A stretch of 64,000 bases of DNA, taken from contig CM119264.1 in the NCBI GenBank assembly GCA_051294375.1, forward strand, positions 22,324,709 through 22,388,708. The letters run 5' to 3'. This DNA is from Paraspadella gotoi. Taxonomy: Eukaryota; Animalia; Chaetognatha. The notes beneath the pieces are model-generated. The model saw only the letters and a list, made by a program, of their open reading frames with translations. It was not told the origin of the DNA and searched no databases. Shown piece after piece: positions 1 to 13,238 of this stretch. The position numbers were made by a program, and so were the translations under genes. The first letter of the stretch is position 1. Each line of letters starts with the position of its first letter.

Positions 1-1651
1 AGGGGGGGGGCGGAAGGGGGGAGGAAGAAAAACATTTACCTGGGGATCGAGAAAAAGAAAAAAAAAAAAAAAAATACATGAACGAAACAAGATCTGCGAT
101 GAAGGCGGAAAAAATGAAAATGGAAGAGGGAAGCATATAAAATGGATGAGAAGAGGAAAGAACAAAGATGGGTTTCGTCCCATGGAACCGACTCTGATCC
201 TGAGAAAGCTTAGACAGAGAGAGAGGAGCAGAGAGAGAGAGAGAGAGAGAGCAGAGAGAAAGAGTTGAGAGAGCAGAAGAGGAGAAGAGAGAACAGAAGA
301 GAGAGAAGAGAGAGAGAGATGAGAGAGAGAGGAGAGAGAGTAGAGAGAGAGAGAGAGAGAAGAGAGACAGAGAGAGAGAGAGCAGAGAGTGAGAGAGAGA
401 GAGAGGAGAGAGAGAGAGAACAGAGAGAGAGAGAGAGAGAGAGAGAGGAGGAGAGAGAGTGAAGAGAGGAGTGAGAGAGAGTAGAGAGAGAGAGAGCGAG
501 AGAAGCAGAGAGAGCATGGGGTTGGTCGACAATCGACCGAGACCGCGGTAGTAACAAAAGGCTTCCCTCTCTGTCCGCTCCTTACTCTCTTACCGCCGGT
601 CGAAGGTCGGAGGTCATCCGCGTCGGTGACTCTCGAAAAATGACGAGATCCCTCTTCCTTTCTCTACCGACGGGCGATCGTCGCGGGTCTAGGGTGCGAA
701 AGACTCGCGAAAATACTGCTCTCCGCTCTTTTCTCTCTTTCTCCCACATTTTCTCTTAGTTTTTGCTTTTCACTCTCTTTACAAAACTCTACTATTTTAT
801 ATCTGGGTTATTCCATTCATTTTTTGCCTGGCGTATGAACAGAGAGAGCAAAAAATTTTTCTCAATAATAATCATAAGGATGTCGGTAAAACACATAGTT
901 TGATATTTGATAATTAATATCAAATTAAAAAAGTTAGTCAAAGAGAATTTTCATATGACATTAATTGTTAGACATTATAATCCTTTTGTTTCGTTGTGGC
1001 TAAGATTTAGAGAAAAGTTTGAAATGACTTCAATTCAAATAAATCGTTGTTGAATTCATTTCAAACTTTTTTCTAGACATTAATTGTATATTTTCCCACA
1101 ATAATAATGTATTCTGGCGACTCGAATTGACCTCCGTCATCAAGATAACCTCAGTCACAAAGAATCCTTTCACCGAACTACCGTGAAGCCTCAGTCGTCG
1201 TTGTCGTCGTCGTCGTCAGCTGACCTTTTCTTCTCCTTACTTTGTTAAGTTTCTCTCATTCGAATTTCAAGCCAAGAACTAAAACCACGTTTTTATCTCT
1301 TTTAATTGACGTTCAATGAAATATTATCATTTTCATTTTTCATTTTTCATTTCACTTAATACTACAAATTGCACAAACATTAAAATACATTGATATTTTT
1401 ATTTTCGTTGAATGATATTTTTAAAATTTTCAATTTTAGACATAAACATTTTATGTTTATTTTATAATAATAACAATGATTCTCTGTCATTTGCTTTGGT
1501 AAAGGGAACTTAACTTTTAGTGAATTTTTTTTATCAATTTTCAGAAGTAAATTCACATTAACTCATACATTTGTTTTTTAAAATTAGTTTTTCCCTTATT
1601 TAAAAATATTCACATTGAGAAAAGTAATTTTCTCAGGAGAAATCATAAATT

Positions 1652-2073
1652 TCTCCCGAAATTCGAGAGTAAGACTCGCGAAAGAGGAGCGAAAGGAGAG
1701 AGAGAGAGAAAGAGAAGGAAGAGAATCCTCTTCATTCGCGGCAAAGACGAGCGAATCAGGAGCGGACTTACTCCGCCGCCGAGGAAAGTCCGCGGCTGAG
1801 TCGCGGCTGGACCAATCAGCGTCGAGATAGTGGAGGGAAAGTCAACCATATGCCTCAGAGAGAGAGAGAGAGAGAGAGAGTGAGAGGAGGCATATGGTTG
1901 ACTTTACCGCCACTGTCTCGACCATGAATAGGCCAGCCGCGGTGACCCCGTGAGGACACCTCGGCGGCGGAGTAGGTTCGCTCTCTCTCCGTGGGTCTTC
2001 ACCGCGACAAAAATGACTCCTCCTCCTCATTCACCGCCTTCGCGGTCCATTTTCCGCGGTTTCATTCGGGAGA
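1652..2073. other. Long imperfect inverted repeat (stem-loop) with (AG)n loop
   Basis: Perfect 19-bp stem 1838-1856 / 1887-1905; strong pairing out to 1762/1981 and patchy pairing to 1652/2073. Confidence 0.9.
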
Positions 2074-2959
2074 CTTGTTCGCGATATTTTGCCGGATTTT
2101 CTCTTTTCTCTCTTCAATTTCTCCAGCTCTCTCTCTTATGCTTTTCGGCTTTAGTTATTACTTTTTTTTCTGTCTACTAGGCAGGGGTAGCCGCACTCAA
2201 TGGGGTGAGTCAAAAATTTAGAGCGGAGTAACATGCTCAAACGAATATTTAGACATTTTTAAGAATACTTTCAATAGACAAAAAAATTCTAATATGGCTC
2301 TATACCCTAGTAATTAATTTTTTAATACAGTACGCCGGAACCTAGAATGTCGTAAGTCTGTACATGTAATAACTTTTCCATTTATAGGGTAAATGGCTTT
2401 CAGGGATTTTTATAGGAAGTTATCTAGATGTCTGGCTATTGCCCATTTTAGGCAATTTTTCAAATAAATCCTAAACCACTAAAAAAATTAGGTTCAAATT
2501 TTTTTGTTAAAAACTTGGCATAGCTCTAATAAATTTTGAAATTTTTTTTAAAAATTTTTGCTAACTTGTACTCAAGAGGGTTTGTAAACTTCTGTAAAAA
2601 TATTGTTACTATACAACAAATTTTTTGCTATTTTTTATCAGTGCTGGAATCCATTTTAGATGGGTCATTTTTTCAATGATGCATAACTTCCTGATTTGCA
2701 AATATTATGGTTTTAAATTTTAGTAATAGTTAGGCCTTGGGTAGTCCTGCAATACATATAAATTTCAGTCATTTTAAAAAACCTTATGGCACAGGTCAAA
2801 ATTTTTCTTACAAAATTCAATTGTCAATCCTGCTAAAAATATTATTGCAAATATTGTTATTCTTTGCCTATAAATCAGTTAAAACATATTTAAAATAACC
2901 CTAAAGCAAAAAATTTTTCTTAACATTTTTAAAAACTTGTTTGCACAATTTATTTATTA

Positions 2960-3270
2960 ATAGATAGGAAAGGCCAAAAATTTTTTGTAGAATTGATAAA
3001 TTTTAAAACCAGATTCAGATAGCTCATTATACAAAGTTTGTTTTACATACAAAGTATACCTGGCGTATTCTTTTTTTCAAATATTTTCTTACGATAAGTG
3101 TGTCAAAAATACAAAAAAAAACTCCGTAAAAAATCATTATCCATCATCTTTCGATGATTTTATCAGTTTTTTTTTATATTTTCACTTAGAAAACGTAAGA
3201 ATTTTTTAAAAGGTGTAATCTCTATAGCGTCACTTGTTTTACTAACTTTTCTATGCTCTATTAGACTCCA
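2960..3270. repeat. AT-rich dispersed repeat, inverted relative to ~19660-19975; probable DNA-transposon remnant
   Basis: ATAGGAAAGGCCAAAAATTTTTT..CAGATTCAGATAGCT..ACAAAGTATA matches the reverse complement of 19880-19970. Confidence 0.55.
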
Positions 3271-5149
3271 TCAAAAAATTCTCTAACGCATTTAAACTCA
3301 AAAATTTTTTGGCTCTTTATAGTAATTATAAGTATTTTTAATTAGGCTAGTACCGCTCTGAAGAAAAGCATTTTTTTTGACAAAAATATCTCTTATTAAC
3401 CATAGAGATCTATGGTCATGATGATTATTCTTAATCGCTGTATCTAACCATTAGCAGTTGTTATCGAATTTCATGACGGCTGATGGCTAACGTACTGGGC
3501 AGGAGGGCAAAATGTTGTAGGTTTCGAATATCCGAACAAATTAGTGTAACGAAGTTTTAGACGTTAGAAATTATGTGGGTATATCACTTCTATATGTGAA
3601 CATAGGAAGCCAGGTTTCACTGGGAGTGAAATAAAATTAAAGGGACTGTGAGCAGAGTCTATGAGAAGTAGAAGCTTCGGCAGGAGAGAGACTATACTGC
3701 TAGATCCGTTCTCATGTGTGGCACTGCACGGCTTATCCAAACGCCCGCTGACAAGCCCTGCTCCCCGAGAGAACAGAGATGGAAAGCTAAGATAGGGTGA
3801 TAACAAGCTGGCACTATGGATGATGTGTTGTAATATTGGTTGTAACCAATTTCAAAATAACCATTGTTTCAGTTTTTCTAGCCATTGGATTTTGTGCAGT
3901 AGCTAGCTGATTGCGCGGCAGTTACGGTCATCACTGATATCGCATGGCGCGGGTGATTCGAATTATGACTTAGAGCGTCGAGGTCTCGCGTGGCATTTGT
4001 CTTCCAGCGCCATCATCAATGAAACATGTCTTTCGCGATAGTTATACCACTTTCGCGATTCTGAGGATAGGAGGTAAGCCAGGTTCCAACTGGGAGTGAA
4101 TAAATAAGACTGTGACGTAGAGCCGGTATGCTCAGATATTGTGATTAGCAGAAATGCGCTTGGCCTACTTGGGATCAGATCGGGTTATTCTCTTGTTGAA
4201 AGGTGATGAATGGACGCGCCACATCCACCACCGGTTTTTTAAGTATCTACCTAGAAGCCTGTCAAGTCACAATGTGTGATCATAAAAGTAGATAAGTTTA
4301 TTGAATATAGAAATGCAATGGTACGGAGAATAATATATTGGGTTGTATACCAATTTCAGGGAGAGAGTTCTAATTTCTGTAGAGATGTATAAAATACTAA
4401 TTACAAATTTTATGCTACGTATTTACAAAGTTTAATGATTGAAAATCATTTAAATGAAAAATAATAATATATTATTTCTTAGATTCATAATAACTGCGCA
4501 AGTTATTTTTAAGACACATTAACGTGAAGATATGTGATTAATTTCTATGCTGTTTTTGTTCTGAAACATTTTTTCTACTTCTACCTATTTCAAATCCATG
4601 TAAGATTGGTGAATGACTGGATAAATTTTTTTTAGCTCTTGAGAACATCATGATTTGGAGGCAATGAGAGGAGGGGTTTCACCGAAGGCATCGTCGTCCT
4701 CCCCTTTCTCTCCTCTCTCCCCGTCGAGCTCGCGGGATCTCCGGTTCAGAATTCGTCCACAAAAATTATTCACTTTTACATGTTGGCTCTCGCCCTAGCT
4801 ATAGGTTTACTCCTCTGTCATAATTGTGTCTGCCTTTTTTTTTGTGGGTTAATTCTCCACTGATTTTTATCAGTATCAATTAAAAACGCCCACATAAAAA
4901 AATATTTTCCGTCGAGGATGCGAGTTGAAAAATTTCATTGAGTAATTTTTCTTAGAATTTAGTAGAACATCGATTATTTTGAGAAAACACAACAAGACCA
5001 AAAAAGCCCTAAGCGGCAAACAGATAGGACAAAAAATTAACAAAACAACAACATCAAGTTAATATATTTGACAACTGGACCGTTTGTGCATCCTTGCTGA
5101 CCTTCAATTATTTGATTTCTGGAAAGCAAGCGAGAGGCGAGAGAATACA

Positions 5150-5415
5150 GAGAGACGAGAAACGGAGAACAAGGAGAAAGAGATAGAGAAAGAGAGGAGA
5201 GGTAAGAACCGCGGGTAAGTCGCACAATAGACCCGCGACGATCGCCCGTCATAGAGAAGAAGAGGATCTCGCTCATTTTCGAGAGTCACCGACGCGGATG
5301 ACCTCCGACTTCGACCGGGCGTAAGAGAGAGGAGCGGACAGAGAGGGAAGCCTTTTGGTCGTCTCGCGGCTCGGTCGATTGTCGACCAACGGCCCATGAT
5401 GAGAGAGAGAGAGAG

Positions 5416-5486
<71 letters not shown>

Positions 5487-6325
5487 AAGGAGGGAGAGAG
5501 AGAGAGAGGAGAGAGTGAGAGATGAGACGAGAAAGAGAGAGAGAGAGAAGAGGGAAATGAGAGAGCAAGTTTAATTTGGTTAGAGAGAAGAGGAGGAAGG
5601 AAAGAGCAGGGAAAGAAACGAGACGATTTCGGTTGAGCGAGAGAGGAAAGGTCGATAAGGGATCACGTCAAGAGGAAGGAAAAGAACAGGAGAAGGAAAA
5701 GAAAACAGGAAAAGGAAAGAAATGAAAGTTAAAAGGGAAACAAAAAGGAGGGAAAAAATGAGAGGAAAGGAAGAAAAGGAGAAAAAAGCAGGGAAAAAAA
5801 GAAACGGAAAAAAGAAAAGAATAAAAAAATTAAAAAAAGAAAGAAAGCAAGAAAGAAAGAAAGAAAGAAAGAAAGAAAAAAAGAAAGAAAGAAAAGAAAG
5901 AAAGAAAGACAAGAAAGAAAGAAAGAAAGAAAAGAAAAAAAGAAAAGAAAGAAAGAACGAAAGAAGCAAATAGAGAATTTTAGTCAAGTTAAAACCACCG
6001 AAAAAAAGAACAAATTTTTTCTCAAAGGACAGACGCGCCGAGAAAGTCGAGGGAGAAGACNNNNNNNNNNNNNNNNNNNNNNNNNAACGGAGAAACAAGG
6101 AGAAAGAGATAGAGAAGAGAGGAGAGGTAAGAACCGCGGTAAGTCGCGCACAATAGACCCGCGACGATCGCGTCGGTAGAGAAGGAAGAGGATCTCGCTC
6201 ATTTTCGAGAGTCACCGCGCGGATGAACTCCGACTTTCGACCGGCGTAAGAGAGAGACAGCGGACAGAAGAGGGAAGCCTTTTGGTCGTCTCGCGGCTCG
6301 GTCGATTGTCGACCAACCCCATGAG
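5150..6325. repeat. ~250-bp GC-rich unit present twice here (5150-5400, 6086-6325) and inverted at ~515-700, among (AG)n/(AAAG)n tracts
   Basis: Shared text GACCCGCGACGATCG...GAGAGTCACC...GGTCGATTGTCGACCAAC; copies differ by indels and flank an N gap. Confidence 0.85.
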
Positions 6326-6429
6326 TGAGAGGAGAGAGAGAGAGAGAGAGAGAAGAGAGAGAGAGGAGAGAGAGAGAGGAGAGAGAGGAGAGAGAGAGAG
6401 AGAGAGAAGAGAGAGAGAAGAGAGAGAGA

Positions 6430-6493
<64 letters not shown>

Positions 6494-7253
6494 AAGAGAG
6501 AGTGAGAGAGAGACAGAAAGGTTCGTCCCGAGGCACCGACCTTGACCTCTCGGATTGAATATCCCCTAAAATCTTCGCTCTTCCCTCTCGACGGAGAAGC
6601 GATGTTGAAGGAAAAGGAAAAAAGGAAAGAAAAAAAAAAGGTAAGGTACTTTTTTATATAAAAAAGAAAGTGCCGGAGAAACTATGGGGGTCGATAAAAA
6701 CGTCCAGCGACGCCTTTCCCGGCCGCCGACGATGGAGATACAAATAAGAAGGAGCGACTCGCGGGTCGGGGATTTATGGAGAGAATTGATTGGAAGGGAG
6801 GAACCTGGCGGATCCCCTTAAGAACCTTTTCCTCTTTTTTTTTCTATTTTATTTCGCTATTTTTAATGATCTTATTTCTACTTTAGCTCTTTTAATGCTT
6901 TTTTTTTCATATAAACCTTGGCTTTTTTATGACTTTTGTATGGCGTGGCTCTTTAATTTCCTTTATGACGGCTCTGCTCTTGTTAATAATGCTCCGTTGC
7001 TTCATCTTCTCGGAAAGCCTTTATTTTTTTATTGCTGATGACTTTTTTTTTTCATCTTGGTTTTTCTTGGCGCAATTGTCGCCGTTTCTTTGCTGTAATG
7101 AATCTCGGAAAACCGTCGTCGTTGTTGTTGTTGTTGTTGTTGTAGCGAGCGTCTCGCGGCACCTCTCACGCCCTCTCATTCGTCTTTCTCTTTATTTTCT
7201 TTCTTCTTTCGCTTCTCTCCTTAGTTACTTTCTGTCTCTATATTTCTTTTTTC

Positions 7254-7299
<46 letters not shown>

Positions 7300-8494
7300 C
7301 TCTCTCTCTTCCCTCTCCTCTCTCTCTAACTCTCCAATATTCATTACTCTCCTCCAGAGAGGCCACAAAACGCGAAATTGCCCGAATTGAAGGGATCGAA
7401 GCCATTTACGCCTCAGCACCGTTTCTCCTTTTTCATAAGTCGGTTTTTCGCTATCACCTCTCTTTCTATCAGTTCTTTCTTTCAACTATCTGTCTTTTCT
7501 CTGTCCTGAATTTTAGGTTTACTATTTTTCCCACGAACCCAAAAATATATTATTACGTTTTTCTTTCTCTTTCCTCACCGAACTGGTTCACCATCCTATA
7601 TGAAATTTTTACAACCAACATAAAAATTATCCGCTCATTTAATAAAATAGCTATCTTGCCCCAGACTTTAGACATTGTGTTCCCCTTCCTCCATCTTTTT
7701 ACCTTTCTGTTCCTCTGTCTTTCTGTTCCTCTGTCTTTCTGTTCCTCCGTCTTTCTGTATTCTCTCGTTTCCCTTTTTCAAAGACACAAACAGTTTCATT
7801 ATTTTTTGCGGATTCAACAGATTTTTATTTAAAATTCGACGACAAAAACAACGACGACGGTAAAAAAAAGACGATGACGATGACTAAGACGACGACCCCG
7901 ATGAAGAAAAGAAGAAAGAGGCGCTCGTTGTCGCCGACCAGTTTGAATTACGCTCACTCGTAAAGAAGATGATGACTTCTCGTCTTTATTTCTCCCTGAA
8001 TTAGAAGGAGGAGATATTCGAAGGAAGAGGAGATTCGATGATTGGAGAGAATATGAGTGCGAACACCGTGCAAGGCTGTGTGTGTGTGTGTGTTTGTGTG
8101 TGCGAGTATGTGTCGAGGAGAGAGAGAGAGAGAGAGAAACGAATGTTTTTTTCTCTCTCTCTCTTATCTTGGCAGGAAATCTTTCCTAATGAGGGGACGA
8201 AGAAAAATTTTTCCGCGAATTAGAGTTGAAAAGAATTAATAGCGAAAAGAGATTATTATCTTTTTCCGTTCCCCTAATCCCTTAATCCCTTAATCTCCTT
8301 TCCCCACCTCCGTCGATCCCACCTTCCATCCACCCCATCAACTCCCCCCCCGTTCTCGAGATTATCCTCTGGGTTTTTAGCCTCGCCTTTTGTTTTTTCT
8401 CATTTTAAAACATAAAATCATTAAAATTGCGAAAATGAAAAAAAAAAAATGCTAATCCCGAGCGGGGCTTTTTTTTTTTCTTTCTGATTTTCAG

Positions 8495-8577
8495 TTCGCA
8501 TCTGCAACGTGTCGAGTCTCAGACCATCTATGGCGCCAGGACGCTCGCAGTAGTGGATACGCCACCGCCGTCCGGGT

Positions 8578-8639
<62 letters not shown>

Positions 8640-10947
8640 AGAGAGGAGAGAAAGAGAGAGAGAGAGAGTGAGAGAGAGATATTTTCTTCCTTCACGAGAA
8701 TTGAAGAAAGATAAGAATCTAACTTTTGCTCCCTTTGTATTTCCCCACAGATCTACATGCAGAGCGGAAGCTGCTCCCTGGAGTGTCGCTGCGCCCCGCA
8801 CGGGAACTGGTCCTGCCAAAGACTCGCTTGTCTCCCGACGAAGCCTTGCTTCGCCAACAAGCAGCGATTCGGTGAGAAGGAGAAGCCACGGTCTGCGACG
8901 ACGACGACGATGATGATGATAATGATGAAAAATACTGTCGGACAAAACGATAAAAATGAAGCGTAAATGTTTGCAAAAACTTTTGTGATAAATGTATTAA
9001 ACTATTTGATAAATATATTGTGGGTACTACCCACAACATACTGAAAACTAAACAAATGACTCAAGTGGCAAACCGTGCTGGTTCTATCACTTATTTTATC
9101 CTAATGACAAAATATTAGAACGAATTGGTGTGGTATGGAGATGGAACCAGAAAGCAAATGCGATAGAGTGAAAGAGACAAATAAGTGAAGACTGTTCGGC
9201 GGAGACTCGGAAGTAAGTAAAGGTTTAGGCAAGGCAAAGCGTAAAAGAGGTGAGGTGAAAAAGGCGCGATGAGGGGGCGTAAAATGAAGATCTTTAAAAG
9301 CGGCAGCAACAACTTCACGATTCAATCTTCCGAATCAATAACAACATTTTGTTACGAATCAAAAATTTATTTTTCCAAAAAAATCGAAGTTTTTTTTTCA
9401 CTCTTGAGTTATTTGCAGTTGCACGTTTGGAAGCACATTGCGTCCGCAATGTCGCGTAGGGCACTGCGTGTGGAAATAAGGATGTGAAGTGTCGCAGTTT
9501 CGCGCCAAAACAAAGCGCTTCACACGTTGTAGAGAGTCTTACCTTCCCTGAACGCCGCCAGAGACGCACCATTTTTTCTCGTACAAATCGTTGCAATCGA
9601 CGATCATGTGGTTTTGCCTGAACTTGTCCTTTAAATCTGAGCACCGCAGTTTGGAGGAGCCGACGAGTCGATCGCAATCCCAGTATCTAGTCGCATTGAG
9701 TGCAAGATTACAAGAATTAAGAAAGAAAAAAGTGGGAATGATTCGGGATCTGGAAATCTTTCGTGTGACGACGTCACTGTGACGTTATGACGTTATGAAA
9801 TAAAGAAATCTTTCATGTTCCAAATTTGTCATACCTGGAATCCCTGTCGCGACATTCCGGTCTCCCGCTGCCGCAACTGCAGTCGCCCGACGCCAGCGCC
9901 ACGACGGTCAGAGAAAGGACGATGATCCTGAACAAAAGATGGACGCTGGGGTTAACATTCGATTGATGAAAGTGGAGAAGAGAGAGAGAGAATGAAGGAC
10001 ACAGAGGCAAAAAAGGGAAAGAATGAGACAACAAGAGAAAGAAAAGAATAGAGATAAATAATATGCAATATATGACATATTTGACATTAGATTATTAATT
10101 AAGGATAACGATGAATCAAAATAAATTTACATAGTTGAATAAAAAAAGAAAGAAAGGCAATCAGAGAGGAAAAAGCTAAGGGAATGCCAAAGGTTGCATC
10201 ATAGTATTTCTTTCCCGCCAACACCAGGTATCCTTGGCAATTCATTTAAAAATGAAAAATCACTAAACTACGAGTCTCAACTCAATTCATAAACAAAAAA
10301 TATCCCTTAAATAGTACGTGAAAGTAGTAGGGCAGATATTTTGAAATTTTATAAATACGCCGCTAAAAAAAACTTACCCCAAAAGCTTGAACATTTCGCC
10401 GATTGAATTTTTAAAAAGGGAATAGAGTGAAGAATCAGAATAATGGTTTTCTTTTATAGTAAGATTAACACGAGAGAACTCATATCGGATCTGATAAAAC
10501 GAGAGAAAAAATAGAAAGAACAAAAGGACAATTGTTTGGTATTTATTTATCTTTTTATTGTTGAGGTTAAAACTTAAATCTCGGCCAGTCAATCTCTTTC
10601 AATATCTGTCAATTTCTCCAAAGTTTACTTTCAGCGATTCTCGTTATTTCATGATTATTTATTCGTGGCTTTCTTTTCCCTTCCAGACCACGGCGCCCTC
10701 CTGCCCAACACTTTCAACCAAGGCGGTTGCATTTGCTTCATTGGCCAATACGTTTGCGGCAAAGCAAGTGCAGAGCAATTTCCAACTCGACCAACTCAAG
10801 GTGAGTTTGAACGAATAAGATTACTTACACTAGGGGGAGAAATATTTATACATTAACAACATAAATTAGTAGAACACGAAATGGTTTAAAAAGTCCAGCT
10901 ATAAAATGTAATAATGACTACACGTGGAGGTGATAAAAAATAATAGT

Positions 10948-11002
<55 letters not shown>

Positions 11003-11542
11003 TTTATTATCTCATTGCGACTCAATCCAACCGAAAATTCTTTCATATTAAGTTTTTCATTTTTTTTTAAATCATTTTATTTTTCTCTCTAGCCTATATT
11101 TATCGTTTTAGAATGTTCTTACATTCACGAAATTGAAAAAAATATAACTTGGTAAAGTTTCTCCCATTATCTAAGATTGTAAACATTTGTTTGTTAGTTC
11201 TCAACTATTTCACAACATTTATTTTTCGAGAGAAAATCGAAACGAATTAATGGAACCGACATTTTCCTTATCGTTTTTTTTTTTCTGACGATCAACACTG
11301 TTCATGCATCCCCTTTCCCCTTCTTACTTCACACCTCCACAACCCCTAACTCAATTACACAACCCCCCCCCACAACACAGGGTACCCCACAGCCTCTGGA
11401 ATCGTCCTCTTCATCGGGTTCTCCCGGGAAGAGGAGTCGCTCCTACAGCACAACTCCACCGCCATCTTCACCGCCGACGTTTGGCGGCAGAAGCTCCAGC
11501 GACTCCTCGACCAGCAAACGGAGGTCGGTGTAGTGTGTGGAG

Positions 11543-11633
<91 letters not shown>

Positions 11634-12973
11634 CGCTTCATAATTTCGGTTTTTCTTCGCTTTTGTCAGAGGAAAAGATTCGTTGAAAAGATTTTTCAGT
11701 GGATTCAACTATGCACTAGGGTGATGTGAAAGTTTGGAATCAAAATTTAGCAGTTATATCTTAAAAACTATCATATTAGTGAATACTAATCTATATTTAT
11801 TTTTCTTTTTTTACAAATATAGTAGCCCAGTCAGCTTATTTTATATATAGGACTACCCTTATATAATGTCAAAATTTTAAAATATTTTTTTTTAAATTCT
11901 GAGAACAGATTCAGATTCCTCGTTAAAAGTTGATAAAAGAAAATATAAATCTTTTTCCAAAATTATGTCATTAAGGAGGTTAAAATTATACAAAACTATA
12001 TTTTGAAGCTCGAAATTGAAAATCGGTGTCTTATATATAACTTTTTACATTTTTAACCAACTTAATGAAATAATTTTTAAAAAAGAATTATACTTTCTTA
12101 TATCAACTTTTTGCAAGGAATCCAAATCCGATCTTAAAATTTTAAAATTTTCAATTTTAAATTTAGCTTATTATATACATATTACTATATATAAATATAG
12201 CTCACTGGTGCCCACTAATGTATAAAATTAAAAAATAAATTTACCAAAGTATTTTTATTAGTTTTTATTTTTATGTTTTATATGCTAAATTTTAATTTTC
12301 TAAAATTTTATCATTTTCACATCACTCTACTATGCACTGACGTTCTGTGCGCCGCACTGAAACAATTTAAACAGTGAGAAGACAAAAGTCAACACTCAGC
12401 ATTCAGTAGTCTGCAGTCTAGTCAGCAGCCTGCACCCAACCGGCAGTGATTCTCTCTTGTTCTCTTCTCGTTGACCGACGCCAATGGTCAGGTTTCCATT
12501 AGTCTGCACCAATACATTACCGTTACTGCTATCCTCCCCCACCTTCCTAGAACTCTCCCTGCACTCCCTGCTCTCCCTGCTCTCCCTCCTCCCTGTCCCC
12601 CTAATCCCAGTCAGACATCGGGTCTCCAAAAGTGAGGAACCTTCGTCTTTTCCGAGGCGCAAAATGACCCTAAACAGAAACGAATCTTGTTTCAAACGTC
12701 ATTAACTGCTCGAAATTGCTACCCACCCGGAGAGAAGAAAGGGATGGAGGGAGCGATGGGCGAGAGGGGAATGGGATGGTGGAATTCGGACGGGGGGGGG
12801 GAAAGATTTGTTTCGCTTCGGATCAGTCTCTCCAGTTTAAAAAAAATTAAGTATGAGGTATTTTTAGAACAAAGGATCGAATTATGTATACGCTACGAAG
12901 GGAACGATTTAAGTATTTTTTTGAAAATTATGGAATTACGATGTGTATGAGTGAGTCTGTGTGGTGTGTTGTG

Positions 12974-13061
<88 letters not shown>

Positions 13062-13179
13062 AATACGAAAGTAAAATGGGATTCGATTCCTAAGTCTCTT
13101 CATTTCAAACAAATGTTTGGAAAAATTCCAGAAATGGAGTTAGGATTAGTATTTCAGAAACTTTGAACGATCTCTCTCT

Positions 13180-13238
<59 letters not shown>

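Noticed and set aside
1-720. Inverted third copy of the 5150-5400 unit as a real large inverted repeat or exon
   Set aside because: Indel-noisy and scrambled with a degraded copy of 6515-6555; the other copies flank an N gap. Likely read or gap-fill artefact; no stable ORF.
3560-4360. Degenerate direct repeat (AAGCCAGGTT..CTGGGAGTGAA; TATTGGTTGT..CCAATTTCA) as possible LTRs
   Set aside because: No TG..CA ends, PBS or coding remnants; looks like low-quality sequence or an old repeat.
210-7485. ORFs rich in SL/ER/RE or FL/KE runs, here and throughout the window
   Set aside because: They are translations of (AG)n, (AAAG)n and similar microsatellites, with no protein signal.
12396-12722. 99-aa minus-strand ORF with a plausible acceptor
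   Set aside because: No recognisable domain and no linked coding exons; partly a short CTCCCTG repeat.
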